A stretch of 64,000 bases of DNA from Amoebidium appalachense (GCA_963693365.1 CAVNZM010000015.1:3787002-3851001); one strand, 5' to 3'; shown: positions 42,301-55,765, numbered from the stretch's first letter. Notes: generated from the sequence alone by a model not told the origin. A program made the numbers and translations.

Positions 42301-42769
42301 AAAAAAAAAAAAAAAAAGGAAGAAATCACTGTATTACCTTCATCAATAGTGATCTGCTTTGAAAACATGCGCCAGTTATTTAAGGCAGTACGTTATGGTT
42401 GTTGTGGCCAAAGAACACCAGAATGGGGTCGGTGGCAGGACATGGTGATCGTTCTTCCCCCTTCCCCCCCTCCCCCCCCCTCCCCCCCCCCCCTCCCCCC
42501 CCCCCCCCCCCAGGCTCCCATTCTGGGCCTACCATGCATTCCTCAGTGTGTGCCACGCCTGAATATGCATGAAGTGCCTCTCTCTAAGCACTGCAAACTC
42601 CAGTAGAATTTACGCCGTGCCCCAAATACATGTCCTACCACTAACCATATAACCCCCCTTCCCCCCTCCCCCCTCCTCCTCCTCCCCCCCCCCCCCCTCC
42701 TTCCCCACCCGCGCAGCCGCCACCCCACCACCACCATCCCCCCCCCCCCCCCCCCCCCTCCGCCCCCCC

Positions 42770-42826
<57 letters not shown>

Positions 42827-43791
42827 TTGAAAACTCTGGAGCCCATTGTTGGCACCCACACTGCCCTCGGCAAGAACCACAGGATAAAGGCGCTCCCAAT
42901 CTCCTCAACCCCCCTTTTGGGCTCCACCCTCATGTCCCAATCCCACACATGGACAATCAAGATATCCAACAACCCGGACTCCATGCACGTATATCTCCCC
43001 TCCTTCCACAACTTCGTCCCGGTTATCTACATGGTCCCGCTCTCGGGAGACAGCAGCCGCTCCATCCCGCTGAGTGGCTCCACCAATCACGAGGGGGTTC
43101 TTCGGTTCCCCCTAGAGCTGTGTGAATTCGTCACGTGCACGGCCTACCACAGCAAGGATCTGTCGTGCCTAAAAAAAGCAGCCAATCCGATGGCTCGCAC
43201 TCAAAAGCCGCAACAGCCAGAGACTTGCCGGCGAATGGAGAACGTTTTGGTGAGTGTAGGCCTCCCTCCTTGCCTCCCCTTCCCCCCCCCTCTCCCCCCC
43301 TCCCCCCTCCCCCGCGGTGGCCGTCGTCACTCTCACCTACACCTCACCAACCCAACCATCTAGTCACTCAATCACATTAGCTCCCAGCTGAGCCCATGCT
43401 AACACTTTGCCAGCCCCTTTCTCCTCCCCCCCACTCCCCCCACCCCTCCTTTCCCCCCAAACTTCACCCCCCCCTCACCCCACCTCGCATCCCTTCCTCC
43501 CCCTTCGACAACTTTCTTAAGCTAGAAATCAACTGTGCTGTTATCGACAGGCTGTAGCCTTTTGAGTTGTGTCTTAAGGGGCTCCAGGCTACACGAATTT
43601 TAGAAAATTTAATAGCCTGAGATTAGAACTATACTAACTTCCCCCCTCCCCCCCCTTTCCCCCCCCCCCCCCTCCTCCCCCCTCCCCCGATCTCTCTTTC
43701 TCTTTCCCCTTCCTATCCCCCCCCCCCCCCCCCTCCCCCGGGGGCCTCTATCTCTCTCTTTCCCCTTCCTATTCCCCCTTCCCCCCCCCCC

Positions 43792-43848
<57 letters not shown>

Positions 43849-44027
43849 AACAGAAGTCGATCGATCACCTTTTGCCCAGCAAGCAAACGTTTGGAAAACG
43901 GAAGCGGCCCCGTACGTTCTCGGCCCTGCGCTACACCCCATACCCCAGTCAGCCAATCAGGAGCGACGACCACACACCAAATATGGCTAAAAGTGCGCAA
44001 GGTTTCTTTCAAACTTTCCGGGTTTGA
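39570..44027 (+). CDS. Divergent T-box transcription factor, copy A (7 exons, ~582 aa, intact)
   Basis: Phase-consistent exons 39570-39638, 39924-40067, 40473-40642, 41064-41688, 42118-42259, 42825-43249, 43854-44027. T-box landmarks: ITVNLQSGALWRAL..NENLVSLRGRQLFPSITVDFKNLDPDIAYSVWL, IKISNN, LPSFHNFVPVIYMV, FPLELCEFVTCTAYHSKDLSCLKKAANPMAR (canonical LW..F..EMIITK.GRRMFP, GLDP...Y, KLTNN, LNSMHKYQPR, F.ET.FIAVTAYQN..IT.LKI..NPFAK). Confidence 0.88.
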
Positions 44028-45209
44028 GACTCCACACCGTCCTTTCCTGAGCTCAGCAATTAATGTGCCCACCTTGCACTATCTGCATGAAAATTGAGAT
44101 TTTATCTGTGGAGTTTTCGGAAATACTGTATCATCTTGTCTGTGTTCCAACCAGCGACTGTGAAACGAAGTTTGGCTTTTCTGCATTATGTCTTAGCATG
44201 TGTTTTCAATTGGTGCACTGCTAGTCTCTGTATACCTCAGTTATTTCTGCCTATCGGGTATTTCGTTGCATGTAATTTGGAAAATGCAATCCGAGAGCCT
44301 ATTTAATGTTTCTATTTCTTAATCTAATTATTTCCTAAGTCACAGGAGAACGAATCTATTCATAGGTAGAGCGCTAACCCTAACTGTTAATGCTTAATTC
44401 CAATCTGTAATTGGCTAACCTAATTTCACACACTGTAAACAACTAACATTTTCGAAAAGGCGGGATAATGTAACGGGCATAATTTCAAAAATAAATCTGC
44501 AGTGAATCATGATTCAGTTGTATAGCGAATGAGCAAGCAAACTGCATATCTACGAAGTCCGTCCGTGCACAAGATCGTCCGTGCATAAGATTCCGTAGAG
44601 GAAAGTATGCAAATTCTTAGATTCCGTTAGCAGCTGAGCCCATTTGTGTTTAGGAACCCCGACCCCCCCCCCCCCCCCCCCCCCCCCCCCACCTTGAGTT
44701 CGCCGTTAGCCTGAAGTCACTGATCCCTCATACCCTCGCCGCAGCTAGCCCCCCCCCCTCCCCCCCCCCCCCTCCCCCCCCCCCCCCCCCCCCCCCCCCG
44801 GACACACACACACACACACACCACCACCACTACCACGGTACCACCACCCACCCACCCAAGCTCATACAATCGGACACACTGTACATATATACGTAGAGAA
44901 CCTCCCCCCCCCCCCCCCCCCCCCCAATATATATATATAATAAAATAAAGAAAAAGGGAAAGAAGGCGAAAAAAATAAAATAATAATTCTGCAATACAGT
45001 CACTAATACTTCGTTACGGCACCACAGCAGGCCACCACCCACACCAACAGTACTTGCCGTTCAAGTATTTTCACGTACTCCCCTCTCCCCCCCTCCCCCC
45101 CCCCCCCCCCCCCCACCTTCCCCCCCTCCTCCCCCTCCCTCTCCGTCCGTGCTCGTATTTTGTGGGTACTGACGGTTCAGGTTTCGCCCTCTAACTGCCA
45201 AACGATAGC

Positions 45210-45247
<38 letters not shown>

Positions 45248-46688
45248 CACACAATATTCGAGGCTGCAGCTTTTGGGCAACTAATGCTTGAGTGGTTTTT
45301 ATAAAGTTTCAAAATAAATATTTTCCCGTTTATTTTATGGGTCTAGCGGCTGTACAGTAATAATGTAGTATCTTCTGCACGGACTGACAACACTACACTG
45401 AGTAATGAACATTTATCCAGAGAGATCTCAGCCATTCTTTTTCTTTTTCTTTTTCTTTTAGACGACGCCTCATCCCCCCCCCCTCCCCCCCTCGCCCCCC
45501 TGCCCCCCTACCCCCGGCTTCCCTCCCCCCCCCCCTTTCTCCCCCCCCCCCCCCCCCCTGCAACCCCCTTCCCCCCCCCCTTCCGGCACCTCCTCCCCAG
45601 GGCCGAGGCTCCCCCCTCTTTGGCCCTTTCTCTCTCCTTCCCTTCCCCAGCCCCTCCCCCCCCCCTCCCCCCCCCCCCCCCCCTTCTCCTGCCCCGTTAT
45701 ATCACTCCAGACTACCATGTTTTAGCCACTAACTGAGGTACTGAAACCTAGGTTTATTTGATAGTACTTGTTTAGTGATCTGATGATGATCTCACACCAG
45801 TTTAATCCCCCTAGGCCTTCTCCCTCTAAACCCTGAGGGCTCAAACCTGCCTCCCCCACTTACTCTTCGAATGCCTTGCAACCCCTGGCCCTCCTGCCCT
45901 CCACATCCCCCTTCTCTCCCCCATCGGATTCCCCTTCCCTCCCCTGCGAGTTTGGAGACTCCCCCCCCCCCCCCCCCCCCCCCCCCCTTCTCCTCCCCCC
46001 TCCCGTCACCCCCAAGTGGCTACCTCCCCCCCTCCCCTCTCTCCTTGCCGCCCTTTCCCCCCCCTCCAACCAAAACCAACCAACCAAACAAACAAACAAA
46101 AAAACAGAAGAAAAACTTATTATAACTATAAAAAATTTGAAATTATGAATTGTATAAACTAAACGGCTATTAGGATTCAGAGCACCCTCACGACACCCCC
46201 TTCCGGGCCTTCCCCCCTGAGGCTCCCCTCCCTCCTTCCCTCCCCCCCCCCCCCCCCCCCCGGCCCGCCCGGCCTCCCGCCCCCTCCCCCGGCACCCGCA
46301 ATTAATTTCGGTGAGCCGCAGGTCCTCCCTATCACTACCCTCCTATATTCAACAGCCCCACGGGGGCCAGATGGCATGATGGTAGATGTTAACCAATTTA
46401 GATCAGCCAATCTTTTCACGGTATTTGTGGCAAACCATAAGAGATTAGTTTTGTTGCCTTGCTGGCTGATTTTTTTTAGCTGCAGCGCTGCCTGCAGGAT
46501 TTCTTTTTTACAAAACAATAGTAAAAATTAAAGGCTTTCTGGAACTTCGTTCTACGACCCAAAAAATAATCGCTTTTGGGGGGGTGATAACATCCCTACA
46601 AATTCAGCCAGTCCGAAATATCATTAATGCCATTCGGAATCCGGGGGCCCCATCGGGAGGCAGTAGGTGACTAACCAGAGACTGACTC

Positions 46689-46795
46689 AAATTAGTACTA
46701 ATAATTAGTAAATTAGTACTAATAATTAGTAAATTAGTACTAATAATTGGTAAATTAGTATAATAATTAGTAAGTTAGTACTAATAATTAGTAAA
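46689..46795. repeat. Tandem array of five 21-bp AT-rich palindromic units (aaattagtactaataattagt)
   Basis: Directly visible; each unit contains the palindrome attagtactaat; no spacers. Confidence 0.92.
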
Positions 46796-47405
46796 TAGTG
46801 ATCTTTCTCAACACTATGTGCCTGTCTTGAGGGTATGGGGAGAGGGTCTGGTGCAAAAAATGGCCATGGTCTACCGTAGCAAATCAGAAGCAGTGAGATA
46901 TGAAAAAATATCTAAGGGAGATATGTCATATATTGCACGGACGTCTCTCTCTCTCTCTCCCTCTCTCTCTCTCCAGACTGAGTTAACGGGGTTTGAAAAA
47001 ATCATATATCCCTTGATGCTCCCTGAGGTTCCTCGCATACTTTGAGTCCCTCATACCATATCTCCATATATATCCTCCTCTCATATCCCCCTCCGGATCC
47101 TCTCATTATATCTGCCTTCTCCCATAAGTGTCTCTCTCGAAGCTCGTTTTATATTTGGAGTCTTCTGCAAAAAAAAATCGTCCTCGGTCGAACTGAAAAC
47201 CAAAACTGTACAAGTTCTGTTTCAGGCAGAATCATTCTGCAAAAGGCAGAAATATTCTGCAAAAACTTTCTTAATGACATGAGTTTTTTTTCAAAAGGTA
47301 TATTTCTCTGTGCCGAGCAGAAAATTTTGCTAATGTGGTTAGGCCTTTAGTTAGTCGAAATATGTTGTGTGTCTGTACGTACGTATCATGCACGTGCCGC
47401 AAGTG

Positions 47406-47541
<136 letters not shown>

Positions 47542-47618
47542 ACTAGTGGTGTGTGTGCGTGTTTGTGTGACGTGTGTGCGTGTGTGTTTGCCTGTACATG
47601 TGTGTGTGTGTGTGTGCA

Positions 47619-47677
<59 letters not shown>

Positions 47678-48107
47678 TGTGTGCCTGCCAGGTGCGTGCG
47701 TGTGTGTGTGTTTGTACATGTGTGTAGTACAGACACACAGCCTGCGGTAAGGGTTACTCGTATCATGATGGTATCATATGATCATGAGAGGAGAGGCTTC
47801 ACTCGGCCAGATTCGCAGAAGGCCCAGAGAGGGAGCTGCACTCGGGCGAAGTTCAGGGCAGTGTCGGGCCAGCCCCCGGCCATGCATGGGACCATGGCAC
47901 AGCACCATTCCGCAGATTCCAGTCGCCTCTCCACGTTCACTGACCTGGCAGCTGTCAGGCAACCACCACGTGCACGTTTCAGCCATGCGGAGCGCGGCGC
48001 ACATGCCGTTGCCCACATCATAGTACAGTGTAGGACGCCTCGTGACGGAGTTGAGCACTTTTTTACTGCCGACAAACCCCTTCCTCCCCCCTCTCCCCTT
48101 CTCCCTT

Positions 48108-48138
<31 letters not shown>

Positions 48139-48653
48139 CCTTCCCCCCCTCCCTCCCCCCCCCCCACCCCCTTCTGTCACGGACATGTACATCATGATCG
48201 TGCTGTACTGAACGTGTAGTCCAGTGTGTAAGTCAGTGACGTGGGTCAATGGAATGCGTTTGAATCTTCGCACGTACATAAGTACATATGTATGTAAATG
48301 TGCGTGTGCAGTATGGCCATCCCTTACATCCCCGCAACAAAGGTGGCCATGGCCACCAAAATATAAATGTTGACTGAGTCCAATGATAATTTCCAATGAT
48401 AATGGTGTGTACATATGGTTTAGTATCACGTGTCCATATACGTACGAGTCAAAACCTGAAGTTCAAGCTCGGCAACAACAGATCCCTCTCTGAGGCTCTC
48501 TCTCTCTCAGCGTCAAGAATGTGTGCGGCAGACATATTACTGGAATCTGGAATTCTGGTTCAGATTCCGAAAATTCGGCTGACAGTGTGACTGTCCCGAA
48601 ACTAGTAGTCTACGACCGTTTGGTGTTCAACTAGCGCTAGCACTGATTCTAAG

Positions 48654-48836
48654 ATGCCCCAAGCCTTAGGCTCATTAGCAGCAGCCCTCACCAGTCTGGA
48701 GGAGTTTTGGCATGCGGAACTCCGGGCTCAGTCTGAGCTTATGGTAAGTTTAATCATTGATGCCAGTGGTGCCCCAGTGGCTCGTTTGTGTGCGCTAATT
48801 ATTATAAGTTACATAGTACCCCCGCCAAGCTTGCTT

Positions 48837-48872
<36 letters not shown>

Positions 48873-48951
48873 GCACGCACGCACGCACGCACACGCACAT
48901 ACACACGCACACGCACACGCACACACACACACACACACATGACACACACAA

Positions 48952-49047
<96 letters not shown>

Positions 49048-49574
49048 CGGCACACACACAAAAACATACTGTGACAGTCACCGTAGTTGGCAAAATCGAT
49101 ATTGCACACATACATCCTTCTGAGAGTGCCACAAACAATCAGGCTACACACTAACCGTGATATACCGTCGTTATAATTTGTGACGGCACTACCACAGACT
49201 CAGTCTGGACTCGGCAAGCCTACTTCATCCAGCCACGTCCGAGTCGACAACCACCAAGCTGCGCTACATCGGGACCTTCTAGTTGGCCGTGCCATATGCA
49301 TGAGCAGCGATCGGAGCTTTGCCATGATGTCACCTATTAGCCAGGTACGAGGCCGCATATGCATTCTGAGTAGACTCGAAAAACTTAGCCCAATAGTATG
49401 AGGCATCACTGAACATGGCCTGAAACATAAAGAGGAAAAAAAGAGTTTTGTGGGTTCAAAGTCAGCCAGTACTAGGCCACAAAGTTTTCCCTTTCGGTCA
49501 GTCTGGCAAGCGCATAAATAAGCCATCCTCCTTACATAATCGTCCCCCCCTCCCCCCCCCCTTCCCCCCCCCCC

Positions 49575-49605
<31 letters not shown>

Positions 49606-50381
49606 AAAAAAAAAAACCCACCCCTTCCCCCGTGTACCAGTAGTACCAATGTATGTACTGTAGTACCATCTTTAAATGATCACCACAACTACTATGGTAC
49701 CTTTAAAAGTTTCCCGCCCCTTCTCCGCAACAACATTATCGTTCTAAAGCCACTCATACAATCTTTACGCATACCAAGTGCAGGGAGCACCAGGCGTCGA
49801 GCCAATCGTTAAGAACAGTCACTATTTCTTCCAGCCAATCAAACCGCAGCAACCAGCTACCACACGGAGTACCACGCTCCCGTCCGTTATAATTTCATAC
49901 GGGAACCCCACCGCAACGGTGACGTCCCCAAACTCACACAGCCACTCCGCCTTTGACAGCTTCGATAAGGAGCGAGTCACCCCACCCCACCCCCCACCCC
50001 TTCCTAACCCTCAACCCTTCCCCTCTTCCCCTCCCCCTCCCCCACCCTCTCCCCTCCCCCAAAAAACCACCGTGACCCTTCCCCCGGGAGCCTCGAACCA
50101 CCCATCTAGTAGTAGTGCCCCACGTAACATTTCCACTGCTTCCCATGGCAAATCGTTCAACTACCAACGGCTAACTTTAGTAAGGGACGGTAGCTGAATA
50201 TAGTCATTAATAACTTCAGTAATGTGTCGTGGCCCCATGCAGCGTCTACAGTCACAAGTCACATGGACGTCAAGACGCTAAATATTAGTTTAAAAAAAAG
50301 CCGATCCCCGGCAGCCTGCTGCTAGGCATCATACATGTACTTATTGGTAATTTTTCTGACCTCCTCTATATCACGTGCGCC

Positions 50382-50419
<38 letters not shown>

Positions 50420-50500
50420 CCCCACGGTGACCGACCCTCCACTACCCATGCACGCATCTGCCCGCGTGTGCACACACACAATCTTTAAACCCACACACGC

Positions 50501-50585
<85 letters not shown>

Positions 50586-53500
50586 CTTTTTGCGCTCGAG
50601 AGCATCTTCGAAGACATGGGCTACGATTGGAAGTCCGGTGAAATCGGCGATTCCGACATGACTTTTGGCCAATCACCTTCCTGCTACCCGCTCTCCCCAA
50701 CCCTCTCCCAATCAAATTTCTCCAAAACATCCCCAACACTCACTGAGATGAATTTCTTCAAAACGATTTTTTCCCAAGAACTTTTGCCCTCCCTCTCCCC
50801 CGTCCAATCACATCCGCCCGCTCTCAAGCCAGACCTGACCTGGAACGAATCAACAACCCTCTCTCTGCTCCCAAGCCCACGTATCAACCTTACCTCTGAA
50901 ACCCCAGCCGTAAACCCCCCCACCCCAACCCCTTCATCATTTCAAAATAACGCCACAAAAACATCTACTGAAATACTTCCCGAGCTTAATTGTAAGAGAG
51001 AAAACCCGCCCAAAATAAGCACTGGGTTTCCGAGAAACCCGCGCATTCCCCCCGACGCCATACATGCGGAGGGAACAAAGGGCGGCATCACCCTAAACCT
51101 CAAAGATGGGGCGCTGTGAAGGGTGCTATATGGGGTCGGAAACGAAAATCTCGTTAGCGCACGTGGGAAGCAGCTCTTCCCGTCTATTACGGTATGGAAC
51201 CCCCCCGAAGAATACTCCCCCCAAATCCAAAACCAAACCCCCCGCCCCTCCCCCAGTGCTCTCCTTAGCTAAGTTCCCCACCTTGTTCCCCCTTCACTCA
51301 AGTAGTGGTGTGTGAAGTTGTCTTATTTCGATCTTCTTTGGTTGTGTTATCAGTAAACTAGTCTTGTTTCCCGGAGAGTTTTTATCGCAGATTTTGTGCT
51401 TTACATAGCGCGAGTGTTTTACGTCAAAATTTTTCCTCAAAATTTTTTGGAGTGACTTCTTCATTGAACCTAGAGTTGCATTGGTAGGTTGGCATAAAGA
51501 CACCTACTGTGATTGGTTGGATGTGTGCACTCTCTCTTATTAACGGTGTGTTGTGATAGGTTGGATTTGTGCACTTTCCCTCTAGAGAAGTTGGTGGTGT
51601 GTTGTGATAGCTTCTATTTGTGCCGTTTCTCTTTCATATTAACGGTGTGTTGCGATAGGTTTGATTTGTGCACCTTTTTCTCTAAAAAATAACTGTGTGT
51701 TATGACAGGTTGGGTTTGTGTACTTTGTCTTTAACAAACTAACGGCCTTCTGTGATAGGTTGATTTTAAAAACCTGGACCCCGACACCGCCTACAGTGTG
51801 TGGCTGCAGCTTGAGTGTGTGACCCCCGAAGGCCATTTGGAGCGATGGGACTTCGTGAGTGGCTGGAAATCACGTGCTGTCTGTCCCTCCACCGCCAAGA
51901 GTATAAAGCCCCCCGCCCCCCCTCCCCCCCCCCCCCCCCCTTCCCCCCTCCCCCCCCCTTCCCCCCCCCACCCCCCCTCAAAAACACACACACATATACA
52001 CACACACAAAGCAATCCTTTTATTGGATTACTCAACTTTGAAAATTTTTAAAGGCGTGAAACTTACGTGTAGCACCAAGTGTAGATGGATTGTATTGTTA
52101 CGGCCAAAGGAAACAGAGGAAACAAAATGGGGCCGTTGGTTGTTGGCAGGTTATGATAAAAACGAGTATTCTTTTTCTCTTTCCGCTTCTCCCTCTTTTT
52201 TTGTGGCTCTTGTTGTTCTGTTGTGCATGTGAGTACGTGTGTGTGTGAGAGAGAGGGGGGGGGGGGGGGGGGGGGAGGCCTCACATCCGAACACTTCAAG
52301 GCAGCAAGTCACTTGCACCCCCATGTGCCGTGTGACCTCTTAACCCCCATGATTCTGGGCCAATCATACGTCTTTCGCCCTCTATTTCAACTAATCTCAA
52401 ATGCAGTGCAAGTTCCCAAAAAACTCTCCACCCAACCAAATTCTCTCAACCCTCCCTCCCCCCCCCCCCCCCCCCCCCCTCCCCCCCTTTCCGTCCCATG
52501 ATTGGCAATACTTCCAACTCCTCCCTCCCCACCCCCTTCCCTCTCACCACCTTCCCTCTCTCCCCCCCCCCCTCCCCTTCCCTCTCTCCCACCCCACCCC
52601 CCCCCCCCCCCCCTCCCTCTCTCCCTCACACACACACACACACACACACCCTTCCCCTTCCTCCCCCCTCCTCCGTCCCCCCACCCCCCCACACCCCCCC
52701 CCCCCCCCCCCACACACACACACATACACATACACATACACACACATCTCCTTGCATGCTCTTGCACAACACTGACAACTGCTACCACAAAAACCAGACT
52801 TAAAAACTTTGGAGTCCATTGTTGGCACCCATGCAGCCCTCGGCAAGAACCAGAGGATAAAGGCGCTCCCAATCTTCTCAAACCCCCTATTGGGCTCCAC
52901 CCTTATGTCCCAATCACACACATGGACAATAAAGGTATCCAACAACCCAACATCGCCGCACGTATATCTCCCCTCCTTCCACAAATTCGTTCCAGTTATC
53001 TACATTGTCCCGCTCTCAGGGGACAGCAGCCGCTCCATCCCGCTCAACGGCTCCACCAATCAGGAAGGGGTGCTTCGGTTACCCCTAGAGCTGTGTAAAT
53101 TTGTCACGTACACGGCCTACCACAGCAAGGATCTGTCGTGCCTAAAAATAGCAGCCAATCCGATGGCTCGTACTCAAAAGCCGCAACAACCAGACACCAG
53201 CCGGCAAATGGAAAACGTTTTGGTGAGTGTCAACCTCCCTGGTTACAACCCCTCCCCCCTCCCCCCTCCCCCCTCACCTCCCCCCCCCCCCCCCCCCCCC
53301 CCCCCGGGGCCCCCCCCGGAGGCCTGTCCTACACCTTGCCAATCCAACCAATTCGTCTTTGAATCACACTAGCAATTGAGCCTGCAAACAGCCAAACCTC
53401 CCCCCCCCCCCCCCCCCCCCCCCCCCCTCTCCTCCCCTCCCCGGACCTACTTGGAAGGTGTGCTCTTTGATATATTCTGTGTGCTCTTTGTTGCAAAACT

Positions 53501-53852
53501 GCTGTTCGTTATCTATCGTAAAATTTAACTAAAGTTGCTGACGGTAACACATGTAGAACCCCCCCCCCCCCCCCCCCCCGCCGCCGCCGCCTCTCCACAC
53601 CTCCACCTCTCCCCCCCCCCCCCCCCCCTCCCCCCCTCCCCTCCCCCCCTTCCCCCCCCCCCCACACACACACTGACTAGTGGTCTAACTATACTGACCC
53701 CCTTCCTTCTCCTCCCCTCCCACCCTAACCCCCCCCCCCCCCCCCCCCCCCCCCCACACACACACCCACAGCACACACACGCACAAACACAAACGTTGAC
53801 ACACACACACACACACGTACACACAAGCGCCTGCATACACACACACACCACA

Positions 53853-53946
<94 letters not shown>

Positions 53947-54183
53947 GCATACGGAAAAAAACAAAAAACAAAACACTAAACACAAAAAGAAAAACAGAAG
54001 TCGATTGATCGCCTTTTGCCCAGCAAGAAAGTATTTGGGAACCGGAAGAGGCCTCGCGCTACTTCTGCCCTGAGCTACACCCCATATCCCAATCAGCCAA
54101 TCAAGAGTGGCGACCACACCCCAAATATGGCCAAAAGTGCGCATAATTTCTTTCCGACTTTCTGGCTTGGAGACTCCAAGTAA
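48654..54183 (+). pseudogene. Divergent T-box transcription factor, copy B; one in-frame TGA (pseudogene, recoded gene or base error)
   Basis: Exons 48654-48743, 49198-49344, 49784-49971 (GC donor), 50585-51191, 51759-51900, 52798-53222, 53998-54183, colinear with copy A. TGA at 51117-51119 corresponds to TGG (Trp of ALW) in copy A; no other lesion seen. Confidence 0.8.
51505..51770 (+). repeat. Degenerate ~45-50-bp tandem repeat built from the exon-5 splice acceptor of T-box copy B
   Basis: Six units starting tgtgatagg-tt(g)gatttgtgcac or variants; the last supplies the real acceptor at 51758. Copy A has two units (42058-42125). Confidence 0.8.
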
Positions 54184-55057
54184 CAAAATAACTCAACAAT
54201 GAGAGTGAACCCCGGAGTCTATTTGCATGAAATCGTGCATGAAAATCGAGAAAGGTATTACATGCATTGAAAATTTGAGATTCTGAAGTTTCACTGTGTG
54301 GGCTCCTAACCAGTAAAACGGGTTTAAACATTGAGCGTTATTTTTATTTAATTTTCGAGAGTTCAATATCTCACTGAGCCCCGGTCGCACTAAGTATTCG
54401 TTCCAGAGATTGAGATTGGAAATTTGAATGGGGCCTAATTAGTGTTCGTGACTCGATATCAGACTACATGGTATGGTTTAAGAAGTTCTGAGAACGAAAT
54501 GAATTAAGCAGCATGTAAGTGTTACGGTGCATTTATTGTTCTTCTTCGTGCTTCCTGTATTTTCAAAAGAGACAACCAGAGTAGTCTAGTTGTGCCTGAT
54601 GCATAGATCCGGGACCATAGCGCCATATATTTTTCTTGTAAATTCTTAAAGGGAGGGGTAGGGGGGGGAGGGGAGGCGGCCTCCAGTGGGGGAGGGGGGG
54701 AAGGGGTTAAGGGCAAGGCGTGTGCGTGTGCCTAGCTGAATGGGTGGCACAACCTCAATGCATGTGTGGCACATTGGTGTAGAGGTGTGGCTCTGTGTTA
54801 TCATCAAGTTGGGTAGACGTGGATACTTATGGTGTATTATATGGAGTTATGCATACACATGAGAGTGTGCATGTTTACTGATGGGTGTGTACGTGCCACA
54901 TATGCTTGTGTGTGCATACTATTAATTTTGTTAACCTAATGCTTCATACCAATCTGTGATTGGCTAACTAATTGAACATCGTTATGCTAAATCCCTATAT
55001 TTAGTTAGTAGCTGCCAGCGGAAGCTGGCTCTTTTCTCTCTCTCTTTCTCTCCCCTC

Positions 55058-55089
<32 letters not shown>

Positions 55090-55091
55090 AC

Positions 55092-55131
<40 letters not shown>

Positions 55132-55538
55132 TCTCTCTCTCGGTAGAGCCCCCGACAAGTCCAAAGCTTTATCTCACCTGATCTTTCTTTCACTCCCCCC
55201 CCCCCCCCCCCCCCCCCCTCACGTGCACCCCCCGACCTCCCCCCCAGCCCCCTTCTCCCCCGCTCAGTGACACATACACACATGCATGGCTCCTCGTCCG
55301 GGAACAGCCCCCCCCCCCCCCCCCCCCCCCCCCCGGCCCCCCCCCCCGCCCCAAAACCCCCCACCCCGGCTTCACCACCACCATTGACACTGTAACTATT
55401 TTTCTTTTGACTGGATTTATTCGACGGAAAGATACTGTAACTAATATATAAGATTCAGACAACGTAGTATCGTACCACAGCAACCGTTGAATCGCTACCT
55501 ACAGAAGCTTTGCTGTCTTGTATTATTGATGTCCTAAA

Positions 55539-55765
55539 TACAGACACTGTCCGCGAATAAGAACCCCCGAAAACGTGGCTGGGGGGCGCCGCTGATCTTA
55601 CATTTTTTGGAAGGTCGGGGTCAGAATCTTAATGGCGAGGGGGCCATCCAGTGTATTCCAATTCATCCCAGCCCGCCAATAAGATCATCCCGAAAACTGG
55701 CCGGCCCGCGGGGGGCAGAATTTGAAAAAAAAACATTTTGGCCGGGGGCAAACTCTTATTGGCTC
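55539..55765. mobile_element. Possible degenerate MITE remnant
   Basis: Inverted motifs cgcgaataaga/tcttaatggcg and cgccaataaga/tcttattggc; begins TA-CAG; poorly conserved. Confidence 0.3.

Noticed and set aside
46689-46795. CRISPR-like array
   Set aside because: Units are directly adjacent with no unique spacers; eukaryotic context and no cas genes.
46525-47350. Kolobok/piggyBac-like element bounded by TTAAAGGC...GGCCTTTAG
   Set aside because: Terminal match is only ~6 bp and the TSD is imperfect; cannot be supported without a copy search.
47770-48060. GC-rich coding-like stretch upstream of T-box copy B
   Set aside because: Open in several frames, with no recognisable motif and no convincing splice sites.
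51117-51119. Genome-wide UGA=Trp code or selenocysteine
   Set aside because: All other Trp codons seen are TGG, T-box copy A terminates at TGA, and the aligned residue is Trp rather than Cys.
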